The translations under genes and the position numbers were made by a program. Source: Schmidtea nova (Eukaryota). Taken from it: DNA of 64,000 nucleotides. The first letter of the stretch is position 1; each line of letters begins with the position of its first letter. The notes beneath the pieces were generated by a model. It saw only the letters and a list, made by a program, of their open reading frames with translations, was not told the DNA's origin and did not search any database. Where the stretch lies: assembly GCA_044892505.1 (NCBI GenBank), contig CM097883.1:338520001-338584000 (forward strand), given 5' to 3'. Below, piece by piece: positions 49,717-61,923 of the stretch.

Positions 49717-52141
49717 CCCTTTCGCCCCTATTGGGACAATACGTCCCAGAAACTTTCATCATGATCCTACTGGGATATTTTCAAAGCAATTTGCGGTGTT
49801 AAAGTTTATTTTTAGTGTTTCATTGTTCTATTTGAATTTAAAATATTTACCGTTAGGATTTTTCTTATATTTCTGTCAATTTTAATATAACTCGTGGACG
49901 GTCTCTTTTAGTGCTGAAGTAAATTTACAAATTTTAAGTGTTTTCATAAAAATAAAAAAAAAATAACATAATATTTTATTTTCGGAGCATAAAAATAACC
50001 GAATTACATTATAAAAAGTAAGTATTAATAAAATTTGTAGAAGATATTCGTAGTTTTTACTTTTGGGATTATATATCCCAACAGTATTTTATGGATTTTT
50101 TAATTGGGATATATGGTCCCAATAGTATTTTACATTAATGATTTTCTATTTTTTTAAAAAAAAATAGAATGTCTAACAGAAAAAAACTACTGGATCACGA
50201 AATAGAAGCACTTATGAATGCTAGTAGCGATGATGATGATCCAGATTTTGCAGTTTTTTTTGATACAGATTCAGAATATTTACCGAGTGATGTTGAAGAA
50301 GCAAATGAAAATATGGATGGAATAGTAAATCAATCTAACATTGATGAAGAAGATATTCAAATTGAACAAAACATCATACAACATGATATTTGGGTTGCTA
50401 CTGCTGAAAATTTTCGTCCTCGTATGGAAATACCACCAGAAATTCGGCCCAGTATAATTGCTGAACTAGATAGGTCATCAAGTGAGTTAGAAACTTTATT
50501 GAAAATATTTCCTAGAAGTTTATTTATTCATATTGCCGATTGCACAAACAAACGGATTGATATATTAGAAGCTACAACCAAAAAAACATTTACTAAAACT
50601 AATTACTCTGAAATAATGATAGTTGTTGGTGTTACGCTTATCATGTCCTATAATCGCTTGCCAAATCTGAGTTGTTACTGGTCGCTAAAAAAAGTAAAGG
50701 AAATGAACTCATCAAATTAGCCATATCGAGAGACAGGTACGCATTTCTAATGAGCAAGATGTACTTCTCCGACCCAAAAAAACCAGATGATGCCACAAAA
50801 ACATATTATATTGATGACTTGGTGGCATGCTTGAAAAATAATTTTATAAATGCCAGAGAAGATAGTACTTTCCAAAGCATTGATGAAAGTATGGTGAAAT
50901 TCAAAGGAAGATCCAGCCTCAAACAATACCTTCCACTAAAACCTATAAAGAGAGGTATTAAAATTTGGGAACGTTGCGACTCACTAACCGGATATATATA
51001 CGACTTCAATATTTATTGCGGAAAGGAAACTTCTCCACAAGATGGTACATTAGGTGAGCGAGTGGTCAATAAGTTGTTGAAATCAGTAGTCAAGAAAAAT
51101 GTATGTTTTTGTTTTGATCGGTTTTTTACATCTGCCAAATTAATAAATGAAATTGAATATCCGGCTGTTGGCACATGCATGAAAAACAGAAAAAATATCC
51201 CGAAGTCTGTTAAAAAATTGAAGAGAGGTGAAAGCGTTGTGTTGAATAATCAATTTGGTACTTCTTGCATAGTATGGCAAGACACAAAAGAAGTACTCTG
51301 TTTGAGTAATTGTCATGGTAATCAAATTTCAACAACTCAACGTAAAGCCAAGACAGGTGAAAAACTAGATATTACTTGCCCGGAAGCTATAAAATTTTAT
51401 GGAAAATACATGGGTGGTGTAGATCTCTCCGATCAAATGGTATCTACTTATGATATAAACAGAAAATCTAATAAGTGGTGGAAGAAGGTATTTTATAAAT
51501 TGCTGCAATCGGCTTGCGTTAATTCTTGGATAATTTTCAAAGAAATACGTCATTAGGATAAGTTACCTTACTTTGAATTCCTTTTGGAAGTGGCTGAAGA
51601 TTTGATTGAAATCGGTCGAAAGAATGCACCCATAAAAAGGATGCGGAGTTATGGTCGTCCTTCAAAATCGGTGCAAAGTTTGGTAAATATTGGTGGTCAT
51701 CTTCCTGTTGAATGTAAAGAAAGACGTAGATGTGTAAGATGCGCCAATCAAAAAACAGGGAAACCAAAGGAGAAAAGAACTCGTTTTGTATGCAAAAGCT
51801 GTAATATTGCTCTATGTTTTGAATGTTTTACGCCATACCATACATAAATATAAAAACAAATGTATTTAATATGTAATTTATATATAAAATACAAAATAAA
51901 ACTATATTTTTTTAATCTTTTTCAAAAATTACTTTTTATATTTTTATATAAATTACCGCAACATTTATGATTTTGAATGGTCCATAAAAGCCTATTGGGA
52001 CTTATTATCCCAGGACTTTCTAGGATATTCAGAAGCGCCACGATTACAAAAATGAGAATATTTCATATTTAGGTCAATATTAACAAGTTCCAATATATAA
52101 ATTTAGCATAGTGTCATTAGCGGAAAGTCGGTGCGAAAGGG
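49717..52141 (+). mobile_element. Full-length piggyBac (PGBD4-like), 2425 bp
   Basis: TTAA TSDs and TIR CCCTTTCGC/GCGAAAGGG. Confidence 0.95.
50169..51847 (+). pseudogene. piggyBac transposase with one frameshift (A-run near 50690) and one in-frame TAG (51554-51556)
   Basis: SIDESMVKFKGR, CFDRFFTS, YMGGVDLSDQM, and C-terminal Cys-rich CVRC...CKSCNIALCFEC..YH. Confidence 0.9.
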
Positions 52142-52159
52142 TTAAGGAAAGCGAAACAA

Positions 52160-53720
52160 TAGTTGATGGGGAGTGACTAGGCAAGTGATAACATCGTAAG
52201 GACAATGAATAGCATTCAGATTGATAGTTGAATAGGTTAGCAGTAAATTACAGTACAAAACGAATATTAAGAGCTGTATGGTATGAATGTCGTTGAATTT
52301 AGTAGGATGATTCGTATTACAGTGAATAGCACCTAAAGTTATGGTAGAACGAGCAGACATTGAATTACATCTAAAAACGGATGGTTAGATTGCAGAGAAT
52401 AACAGCAAATTCTGTAAAATAAGTAGTAGTACAATGATTAATATCACAATAGATAAAATAGGTTATAGGACAATGAATAACTTCAAAATAGGTAAAATAG
52501 TTAATATGACGATGAATAACATAAAAATAGGTAAAATGTGTGATATGACAATGAATAATATCAAAATATTTAATATGCGTAATATGACAGTGAACAACAT
52601 CAAAATAGGTTAAATATATTATAGGACAATGAATAACACCGGAATAGGTAAAAATGTGTTGTAGGTCAATGTATAACATCAAAATACGAAAGATATGTCC
52701 AATGGCAGTGAACCACATCAAATTGGACATAATAAACTGTGTTGCAGTTAATAACATCAATAGTGTTGAGATAAGTAGTTTTCAGTAAATCATAACAATA
52801 AGGTAAAATTAAGTGGTATTTCAGTGAATAACATAAATAACGTAAAAATATGTTATATTTCAGCAAATCACATTAATAGCGTAGAAATAAATCATATTTC
52901 AGTGAATAAGATCAACAACGTTAAAAAAGTTAAGTTGCAGCGAATAGCCTCAATAGTGTGAAAATAAATTATAAATCAATGAACAATATCAATAGCGTTA
53001 AAATATGTTGTGTTTTAATGAATAAGATCGATAGCATTAAAATAAGTTGCATTCCAATGAATAAGACAAATGGCGTAAAAAAAGTTGTATTTCAATGAAT
53101 AAGAGTAATAGTGATAAAATAAGCTGCATTTCAGTAAATAACATCAATAGCGGTAAAATAAATTGTAAATCGGTGAATACATACCAAAGCGGGGAAAGGT
53201 GCCGTGATTCAATGAATAACATCAAAATCAAAAAGAATATGTTGTGTTTCAATGAATAACATCAAAACTGACGGGAAAAAATGTACTGCATCGAAAGTAA
53301 TGAGAACGAACATATTTCAGTGATTAACATCAAAAGTTGGAAAAGGATTGTATATCAGCCAATAACATCGAAATATAATGAAGCGCTTCAACAATAACAC
53401 CAAAGGCGAAAATGTGTATTGCGTGTCAATGAATAGCATCGAAATCGAAAAGATATGTGACATATCGGTGAATAACATTAAAGGCGAAAGTAAATGCAAT
53501 ATTTCAGTGAACAACATCAACATTAAAAGTATGTATTGCAGTACAGTGAATAACACCAAAATCGTAAATATAGGAAATATTGCAGTAATTAACGTCAAAA
53601 GTGAAATTATGCATTGACTAACAATGAATAATGCCCGAAATTGGAAAATACTCATTTTGTTACAATGAATAGCACCCGCAGAAAATTTAAGCGAAAAGAC
53701 AATGATTAACGTCCAAAGCC
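52160..53720 (+). repeat. Degenerate ~39-bp tandem array in the LTR element leader
   Basis: The (A/G)TGAATAACATCAA core recurs every 38-40 bp. Confidence 0.75.
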
Positions 53721-55534
53721 ATAATGAAACGAAAAACAAGGAATAAATAAAATTTAGTAGTTGCAAGAGCAAATTTGGGAAAAAGAAATACAGCGTCTTT
53801 ACAGAAACTATGTCGAAAGTAACAAATGGAATACAATTAGAGCAAAGTATTGTTTTGATCTGACTTTAGTGAGAAATATCATGAGCAGATAGTAAAATGT
53901 GAGGGAATAAAGGATAAGTACTTAGAATCTGTTGGAAAATTCGCATAGAGGAACGTTTGAATAGAGAAAGGTGGGAAAGGAAGTATGATTGAATAAAACA
54001 AAAGAAATAACCGCTTTAAAGCCGAAAGTAAAGGATATGTAAAAACAACTAATGTAAATGAATAAAAACGTTTTTGCGAAAGATATGAAAGTTATAAGGA
54101 AGTTAGTAGTGAATCAAGAGGTAACTAAAAGACAATCCGAGCTGGTATCAGGAAGGATGATGGGCAAAAGTCGAACCAAGCAAAAGTAAAAGTAAAAGCA
54201 CTAAAAGTAGTAAATAACCAGAGAAAAATACACAAACTGAAAACTTATCGGACGAGAACTACGTTACTCAAAGAGAAAAAGTCAATATCAAAGATAAATT
54301 GCAAACAACATATACGACGTTAACAAATACAAAACGAACATTATGTCGAGGACGACATTTGGAGGAAACCGCGGAGAGAACAGCACAGAAAATATTAAAA
54401 GAAAACGCTAACCGGAAATTAAAACTATAAAAAACGGATGACATGCCTACTTGAAAGATAAATTCGACGAGAAGGAAAGCAGGTCTAATAAAGTAAGACC
54501 GGGGAATCGGGGGAAACAAACAACAGTAAACATTATGAACAGAGACGAATAATAAAAATTAAACGAAATGAACGGAAGCAAAAGTAAAATCGTGTAAAAG
54601 GACAATTAAAACAAATGAGCTAAACTCAAAACAGAATCCAGATATAACGGGGAAGAGACAAAATAAAGTAAAAAGAGGGGAAAAAATTTAAGATAGACGA
54701 TAGTAGATCACAAAGTAACCGAATAAAGACTGGCTGGTAGGGAAATCAAACTAAAAGATGGGTAAATTAAAAAGGAAAAGATTTAGAACCAAATCATTCG
54801 AATAGAACCAATTATTTTCAATTTAGTGTATGTTGAATAGCTTGTTAGTAATAGTAAAATGAATTTTTGAGCTACCACAAAGGTAGTACGATATAAAAAA
54901 TTTGGAAATTACCGATCATCCTCGATGAAGGATGAGAGACTGGGTACCATCGCAGATTCTGGAAAATTCTTGCGTGTGACTGATCACCACACGATTCTGG
55001 AATGGACTAGCGCGATTGTCTCTTATCTGGAGTCAGGAAGTGAGGGAAATCCCATAACGAATATAAATTATAAAAAGAGTACAATAAGAATAGGTAATAA
55101 AAAATACACCGTGAATAGTTAAATCATAAAAGCAAGAGAGAAAATCTGTAAGCTTACAAGGAATAAAATTAAACTAATAAAACATCACGAGAATTTGAAA
55201 CATAGTAGAAACAGCGCTGTCAGAACCAAGAAAGCAAGGGAAACAATTGAAACAAAGCAGGTAAATATAGCGAATAAGGAAAGTGAAATAAAAGCTAGCT
55301 AGGAAGAATAACAATTAAGTAACGATAAAAGACTATAGCATAAAAACGAGAATACCCAAAAATCAGAATAAAACGACGTTGTAGAAGTAAGAATGAATAG
55401 AGGTAGTAGGAATTAATCAACTGAGATTAGTAAATAGAGTTGCCAATAATTAGCGGCCATGAATAGACCGGTCTAGAATAAGATAAATTGGAAATCAACT
55501 CAGAATAGGATAAATAGGGCCAGTGTGCCATGTG

Positions 55535-56085
55535 AGAAACATAAAATAAAATTGAGGCCAAGGGACATATAGAGCCATGAATATATTAAAAGGGACATAA
55601 AATAAAATTGAGGCCAAGGGACATATAGAGCCATGAATATATTAAAAGGGACATAAAATAAAATTAAGGCCAAGGGACATATAGAGCCATGAATATATTA
55701 AAAGGGACATAAAATAAAATTGAGGCCAAGGGACATGTAGAGCCATGAATATATTAAAAGGGACATAAAATAAAATTGAGGCCAAGGGACATATAGAGCC
55801 ATGAATATATTAAAGGGGACATAAAATAAAATTGAGGCCAAGGGACATATAGAGCCATGAATATATTAAAAGGGACATATAGAGCCATGAATATATTAAA
55901 AGGGACATAAAATAAAATTAAGGCCAAGGGACATATAGAGCCATGAATATATTAAAAGGTACATAAAATAAAATTGAGGCCAAGGGACATATAGAGCCAT
56001 GAATATATTAAAAGGGACATAAAATAAAATTGAGGCCAAGGGACATATAGAGCCTTCAATATATTAAAAGGGGCATAAAATAATT
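55535..56085 (+). repeat. Homogeneous 56-bp tandem array (about 9-10 units)
   Basis: Unit AAAAGGGACATAAAATAAAATTGAGGCCAAGGGACATATAGAGCCATGAATATATT; one internal partial unit. Confidence 0.95.
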
Positions 56086-57376
56086 TGAAAGAGGTCAAGG
56101 GTTTATTATAGAAATTATTAGATTAAAGAGTCATATTAAAAACTATCCGGATAGCAGAAATAGTAATAGCGATTAAGGAAAATAAAGTCGTCAACGATTA
56201 GAGTTTCATAGAGTTAAAAGGTGCGCACCAGAGGATTAAAAGGATACGAGAGACAAGCTGATGATGTAGTCTAAATATTGACTGAAAAAATCAGCATACA
56301 TAGTTAAAGTAAAATAACAAAGGATAGAACGAAGTAAAAAACGAACAAGTAAAAGGGGTATAAACAAGTAAAATAAAAGTGTTATAAACAATTAAAACAA
56401 TAGCTGTACGATCAAGTAAAAGTTGTAGGAACGAGTAGATAATAATTGTGTGAAATAAAACCTAAGACAAATAAACTAAGAATCATAGACTAGAGAAAAT
56501 AGTGAAGACGACGAGAGTAAAACAACTAAATTTGAGAAATTCGAGATATCATAAGAAAGGACACAAAGACCACAAGAAGCAAGGATATAGAATAATTAAA
56601 AAGAATTACATCGATTTAGAGAATTAAGTGTCAAGAAACATAATTACCAAAATAATAAAAGCAACAAAACACTGAAAAATTCAAAGTGATGAAGTTAATA
56701 AAATAATTGTCTAAGATGAATTACGACGAGGTAAAGTACAATTAATATTGCAATACAGATAGAATAGACTAAAATCAAGGAAGAAAGATAACCGAGCCCT
56801 AAAATACCCATAAATATTCGAAAAAACTAAAGAGCAGAATTTATTTATTAATAATTATTTGAAGGAACTGGGTGAGCGGTGAAAGCCACCCAAATGGTTA
56901 AAAGTGTATTTTATTTTGTAGATTTCAATCAAACAACGAACCAAGCAACCAATTCAAGTCAACAACAACCAACAAGTCAAACGGACAGAAAGCTACAGAT
57001 ACAGAACAAGTAAAACATAATTCAAGAGGACAAACCCAAGCCAAAAAGAAGCCAACAGTAAATTGAATAACCGTATAAAAATCGGAATCCAAATCAGGAA
57101 AGAAATTCGCCATCATTGAGAATCATTACAGAGAAAAATTCAAACCCAGTTCCAAATTTAACCAATTATTAGACAAATCCGTAGTGGAAAAAATTAGAAG
57201 AGCACGATCAGTATCAATAAAAAGAACCTGTCAAATAACAGACTATATATACATCCAGAATACAAACAGTGAAACAAGCATCAAAGAAAACAGAGAAATT
57301 TCAATAAACACCCAATTCTATCAAAAGACAGCAATAACAAGCATCGAAGATAACTCTAGGAAACGCCAAGCACAAA

Positions 57377-59125
57377 TTGAACAACCAGAAAAGTAAACGG
57401 AGAAAAAAAACAACAAATACGGAAACAAGAAACAGGAAAATGAATATCGAAAGAAACGGAAATGAGTCAGATACACCACCAACGTCAAAAACACAAAAGA
57501 GAAAAGAATATCGAGAAAGATTTCAAGGCGAACCATTCAACGGAGACGCTAGTAGATTAGAAACGTTTTTAAAAGAATTTGGTGTATTCGTCGAGGTATA
57601 TAGATGGGATCCAGAAACAATAATCGGTCGAATCCCACTATACCTTAGAGACAGTGCGTTAGACTTGTACCTAGAAGCCCAAGGAGGAACCAAACTATTT
57701 AAAAATTGGGACGAAATAAAAGAATTCTTCCGACAAACATTCGGAATAAACAAAGTATTAAGCCAGGCATTCGATGATTTTTCAGCAAGAAGGCAGATGA
57801 AGAACGAGTCAAATGCGGTATACGCAAGCGAACTAAGGAAATTATCCAAACTAGCATTCAACAGAGAAAACCCGATAAACAAAGAATTGATGACAGCAAT
57901 ATTTGTGAGAGGGTTGAGAAGGCCAGATATTCGAGCTCAAGTGGGATGTAAAGGATGCCTAACAATTGACGATGCCCTAGAAATTGCAAATAGATATGAG
58001 TTACACATAGGAGTAAACGACATCAGAATAGTAACAGAAACACCAAACGAATCGGAAGACGAAGGGAATCAAGTTAAGCCAAAGAAATCAAACCAAGGAA
58101 CTGGGAACAGACAAACGAGGAAAGAAAATAACGACGATACAGGCAACAACAAGAATAACCCCAGAAACAATAACACCGTGAACAACACCAAACAATGCCA
58201 AACATGTTGGAAATCCGGACATTTGAGTAGTGAGTGTTATAAAAATCAATTTTGCGAGAAGTGCAAGATGTGGGGACATTCTGAGAAAATATGTGGAATA
58301 CGGGGATGCTATAGTTGTGGCGAATTAGGACATATAGCACGAAAATGTGGGACAAAAAATAATCTACAAGGAAACCAGCAGACCAATGGAAACGGAGTAA
58401 ACAGCTATAATCAAAACACTAGTCTGAGCAACAACCCGAATGACAGAGAAATAAGACTAATGCAAGAAATCTTAGGGCTAAATGAGGTAATCAAAAAGAG
58501 GACAAGAATAACGCAACAACCAAAAATCAACAAACTTACATTCATCGAACTAACACTAACAGAAGAAACACCACAAGAGAAACAACGTCGAGAATGGCTA
58601 GAGTTGCAATTAGATGAGGCAAGAATAGGAGAAGAACGTGGTAGCAAACTAAATGGGGATGAAGCTCGTATATTACAAGGAAGATTCCAAGAACGAAAGG
58701 AGCAATTTGAAGAAGTACTCAAACAGATAACAGTCACAAGTGAAAAGGACGAAACCGCGAAATTCAAAGAAAATGGAAATGAACTAGCAAGTAAAATAGG
58801 GAGAATCAACATGATGACCTTTTGCCAATCAGAACTACAAAAGCCAACAATCAAAGAAGCCCGTCAAAAAGAATTCACATGGAGTAAATTAGGAGGATTG
58901 CAGGCCTGTGACAACGAGGAACATTGCAGGAAGATAAAGGAAGAACTACTAAAAGCAGATATGTTGAAAATGGCGAATAGAAGTAATAGTGCACAAAAGG
59001 TAAAAGAATTATGGAAACAACAAGAAAAGAATAAACCAAGAATCAATATGCTAAGAAAAATAGAAACTAGGAATCAAACAGAACAGGACAGAAAAACCAT
59101 AATTGAAAGCGAAATAATCGAATAA
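57377..59125 (+). CDS. gag: Gag ORF1: Ty3/Gypsy capsid-like domain plus three CCHC knuckles (first ATG at 57440)
   Basis: EPFNGDASRLETFL...LYLRDSALDLY...IFVRGL. Knuckles CQTCWKSGHLSSEC, CEKCKMWGHSEKIC, CYSCGELGHIARKC. Confidence 0.85.
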   Translation: MNNQKSKRRKKTTNTETRNRKMNIERNGNESDTPPTSKTQKRKEYRERFQGEPFNGDASRLETFLKEFGVFVEVYRWDPETIIGRIPLYLRDSALDLYLEAQGGTKLFKNWDEIKEFFRQTFGINKVLSQAFDDFSARRQMKNESNAVYASELRKLSKLAFNRENPINKELMTAIFVRGLRRPDIRAQVGCKGCLTIDDALEIANRYELHIGVNDIRIVTETPNESEDEGNQVKPKKSNQGTGNRQTRKENNDDTGNNKNNPRNNNTVNNTKQCQTCWKSGHLSSECYKNQFCEKCKMWGHSEKICGIRGCYSCGELGHIARKCGTKNNLQGNQQTNGNGVNSYNQNTSLSNNPNDREIRLMQEILGLNEVIKKRTRITQQPKINKLTFIELTLTEETPQEKQRREWLELQLDEARIGEERGSKLNGDEARILQGRFQERKEQFEEVLKQITVTSEKDETAKFKENGNELASKIGRINMMTFCQSELQKPTIKEARQKEFTWSKLGGLQACDNEEHCRKIKEELLKADMLKMANRSNSAQKVKELWKQQEKNKPRINMLRKIETRNQTEQDRKTIIESEIIE

Positions 59126-60142
59126 ATGGGAAAGATAACAATAGATCAACTTGTCACGGGAAATAAACACAGCAAGCAGTCAGTAATAAACGATATGACA
59201 GAAGTCGAAAAGAGAAAAGAACAAACCAGAAACGCAGAAGGAAACAAAAATGAAAAAAAGGAAAAGAAAGGCCAACAAGAACTAAAAGAAGAGTATCTAT
59301 ACAAAAAGGACAAATGGTGTAAATGCTGCCAAAGACAAGGACACTTAGAAAGCAGCTGTTTCAAGAACAAAATATGTACCAAATGTGGAAGGAAAGGACA
59401 TGGAAAGAAAGTTTGTGGTATTCAAGGATGTTACAACTGTGGGAAAAAAGGGCACATTTCAAGAAATTGCCGGAATCGCAAGAAACAAAAGGAAAACCAA
59501 AATCAGCTGGACAAAATCAGTAACAAAATTATGTCAAAGACAACCAAAGAAACGAAGCAATACGAATTCATAAATAATAATAACAAGCATGTAGAAGGGT
59601 ATTACGAAAATCGAATTGTTCAAAACGATCACAAGAAGGAACGAAACAAAGTGACTCATGAGTATGTACAAATATGTTACCAATGCAGACAAAGAGGACA
59701 TTTAGCATTCCAGTGTACCATAGCAAGGAATCAGGCGAAAATTAATCAAAACAACAAGGAATACGCAAATCAAGGAAACCAAAAGCAGTTGAGGAACATA
59801 AACAAATGGGAAAATGATAGAGTCCACATGTTTCCACAAATTCACAAAAAGCAAGTAAACAATCTCAGTATAATACAAAAAATCTTGATGGAAGAAAATA
59901 AAAGTCAAGAGACACAATTTACTAATATTATGCAATTAGCTCTCATTTATCAACAAGAAATTATTATACAAAAAGAAATAATAACCAGATCTCAAAACCA
60001 ACTAATGTCAGTAATAACTCGATTAGAAGAGAAGGAAAATCGAAACTATCAAGAGTCGGCATCAGAATACGTTGAAATTGCAAAAAATGTAGAAACCGTA
60101 AAAGCTCTCACCTCAAACAATGAGCAAATTCAATGTATATAG
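59126..60142 (+). CDS. Gag-like ORF2 with four CCHC knuckles, in frame with ORF1 after a single TAA
   Basis: Knuckles CKCCQRQGHLESSC, CTKCGRKGHGKKVC, CYNCGKKGHISRNC, CYQCRQRGHLAFQC. Confidence 0.75.
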   Translation: MGKITIDQLVTGNKHSKQSVINDMTEVEKRKEQTRNAEGNKNEKKEKKGQQELKEEYLYKKDKWCKCCQRQGHLESSCFKNKICTKCGRKGHGKKVCGIQGCYNCGKKGHISRNCRNRKKQKENQNQLDKISNKIMSKTTKETKQYEFINNNNKHVEGYYENRIVQNDHKKERNKVTHEYVQICYQCRQRGHLAFQCTIARNQAKINQNNKEYANQGNQKQLRNINKWENDRVHMFPQIHKKQVNNLSIIQKILMEENKSQETQFTNIMQLALIYQQEIIIQKEIITRSQNQLMSVITRLEEKENRNYQESASEYVEIAKNVETVKALTSNNEQIQCI

Positions 60143-61923
60143 CAAATTCAATGTATACGTATCAATATGATATTACTATTTGAAGAAATCAAAGAAATTT
60201 AAATACCAGTAATGAAACAGAAACCCAATGTATATGTATTTCAAAAATCAATAAGCAAAAAAAATCAAGAAATCATCAAGCTAGTTCACTGTAAACCCAG
60301 ACAACAAAAATTAAAAAAAAACTAAAAACAAAAAAACAAAAAAAACAAAAAAAACAAAAAAAACAAGGTCACAAAGAAAATCAGAAAGGAAAATGGGTAA
60401 ATCAGGCCAGAAAAGAGATCTAGAAAAGAAAACCTAAAATTAGACTATATTAAACTAATCAATACAACGGAATACGAAGGTAGATTAAACCTCATCAGAC
60501 GCGATAAGAGTAAAGCAAAAAACCAATATGACAGACAAAACGAAAGTATTTGAAATGGTGGATCAATTGAGCTAATTGAAAATGAAGCCAAACGAAATTT
60601 GATACGAAAAGAAATGAAAGGAATTAAGAAACGCTAGTCAATACGAAGTAAAAAGAACAGTCGTGGTATCGAGGTTGGGATATGACTATATATAGATAGT
60701 GAAAATCAAATGCATAACCATATTATTACCTCCAGGGGTATGTATATTATAGAACTTTAAAGAAATAAAGAAAGACATAAAGAGTACATCAAGAGACCAG
60801 AAAATTACCGAAACCTACAAGAACCTGATGAACATGACTTAAACAAAATTGAGAAAAGAAAACAAAAAGAAGAAAGAATCGACAAGAAGCTTCAGCCAGG
60901 AAATGGGGTCAGAATAGACAGAAATGCGTCAAAGAACAAAAGAACGAAAGCAATAATTAACCACCTTGAGAAAATAAAACAAGAATGTGAATTTTAACAG
61001 AGGAATGCAGGATGAAAGACTGGGTTCAGGAACATCTGTATAAAATAATGGAAAATTGCTTATGTGAATAAAACCGTAATGGTAAATGAACGGACAAAGT
61101 ATCAAGGTATATGTATCAAAGAGAATCAAGGAGAATCGACTCGTTATCCAAACAATCCTTAATATAGAATTAATAGTAAAAACACCGAATTCAACCCAAT
61201 CAAAATAAGAAACCAATGAGCAATCACAAATCAAACGAAGACTTACCGAATCAATGACAAAGACCCAAGAGAGATCAATCCCAAACGAAGGCGATAAAAC
61301 CCAACACCTACAAATTCAAGAAACCTAAAGATTATCGAAGGAGAACAAAGAGACTATTAAAAGATCTATCAAATCCAAAGAAGCCAAATGAAAGGATGGA
61401 GCATCGTCATCATCATAATCATTTCCTCAGCATACTATTAATCTACACCCGAATCACCAGGATTTCATTCCAAGCAAAAACATTAAAGAGAATACAATCA
61501 ACAACCCAACAATTCGTCCGACTAAGAAAAAAAAGAAAACCCCGAAATCATTCAAGTCAATCTACAATTCGATACACCCGAGAAAGGAGAAACCCAAAAT
61601 CAATACCACGCAAACTCAGGAATCAAATCAAATATGAAATTGGAAACCATCAACGAAATAAACCCATTAGATGAAAACAAACCCACAACGAGTCGAAGGA
61701 TCCAACAAATGAACTAACAGCTGCATTAAACAATAACAATTATTGTGATTGTATGTATAAACCAAACACCTTAAATGATTCTTGTATGCTTATAATTTTG
61801 ATATTTATTGGTGTAATCTAATTTATTTTCCTTCAATGTAAAGAGTAATGACAGAATGATGAAATAGATTTTATGTTGTATAATTAATCACATTGCGGGA
61901 CGCAATTTAAACGGGCCTCGGAG

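Noticed and set aside
54860-55010. Possible RNase H scrap (YDIKKFGNY...GKFLRVTDHHTILEW) upstream of gag
   Set aside because: Short, needs frameshifts, and lies in the wrong position for pol; too weak without a profile search.
55535-56085. CRISPR-like appearance of the 56-bp array (also the 14-bp and 29-bp arrays)
   Set aside because: Units are contiguous with no unique spacers, there are no cas genes, and the context is eukaryotic.
11544-59125. Alternative genetic code (TAA/TAG read as sense), suggested by in-frame stops in polB, the hAT remnant, piggyBac and gag
   Set aside because: The intact mariner ends at TAA exactly at the usual C-terminus and long ORFs are otherwise free of TAA/TAG. 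The affected elements also carry frameshifts or deletions, except gag, consistent with decay.
60450-61620. Possible integrase C-terminal scraps (KNQYDRQ, LQPGNGVRI) after gag
   Set aside because: Position fits, but there are no catalytic motifs and many stops; not annotatable by eye.
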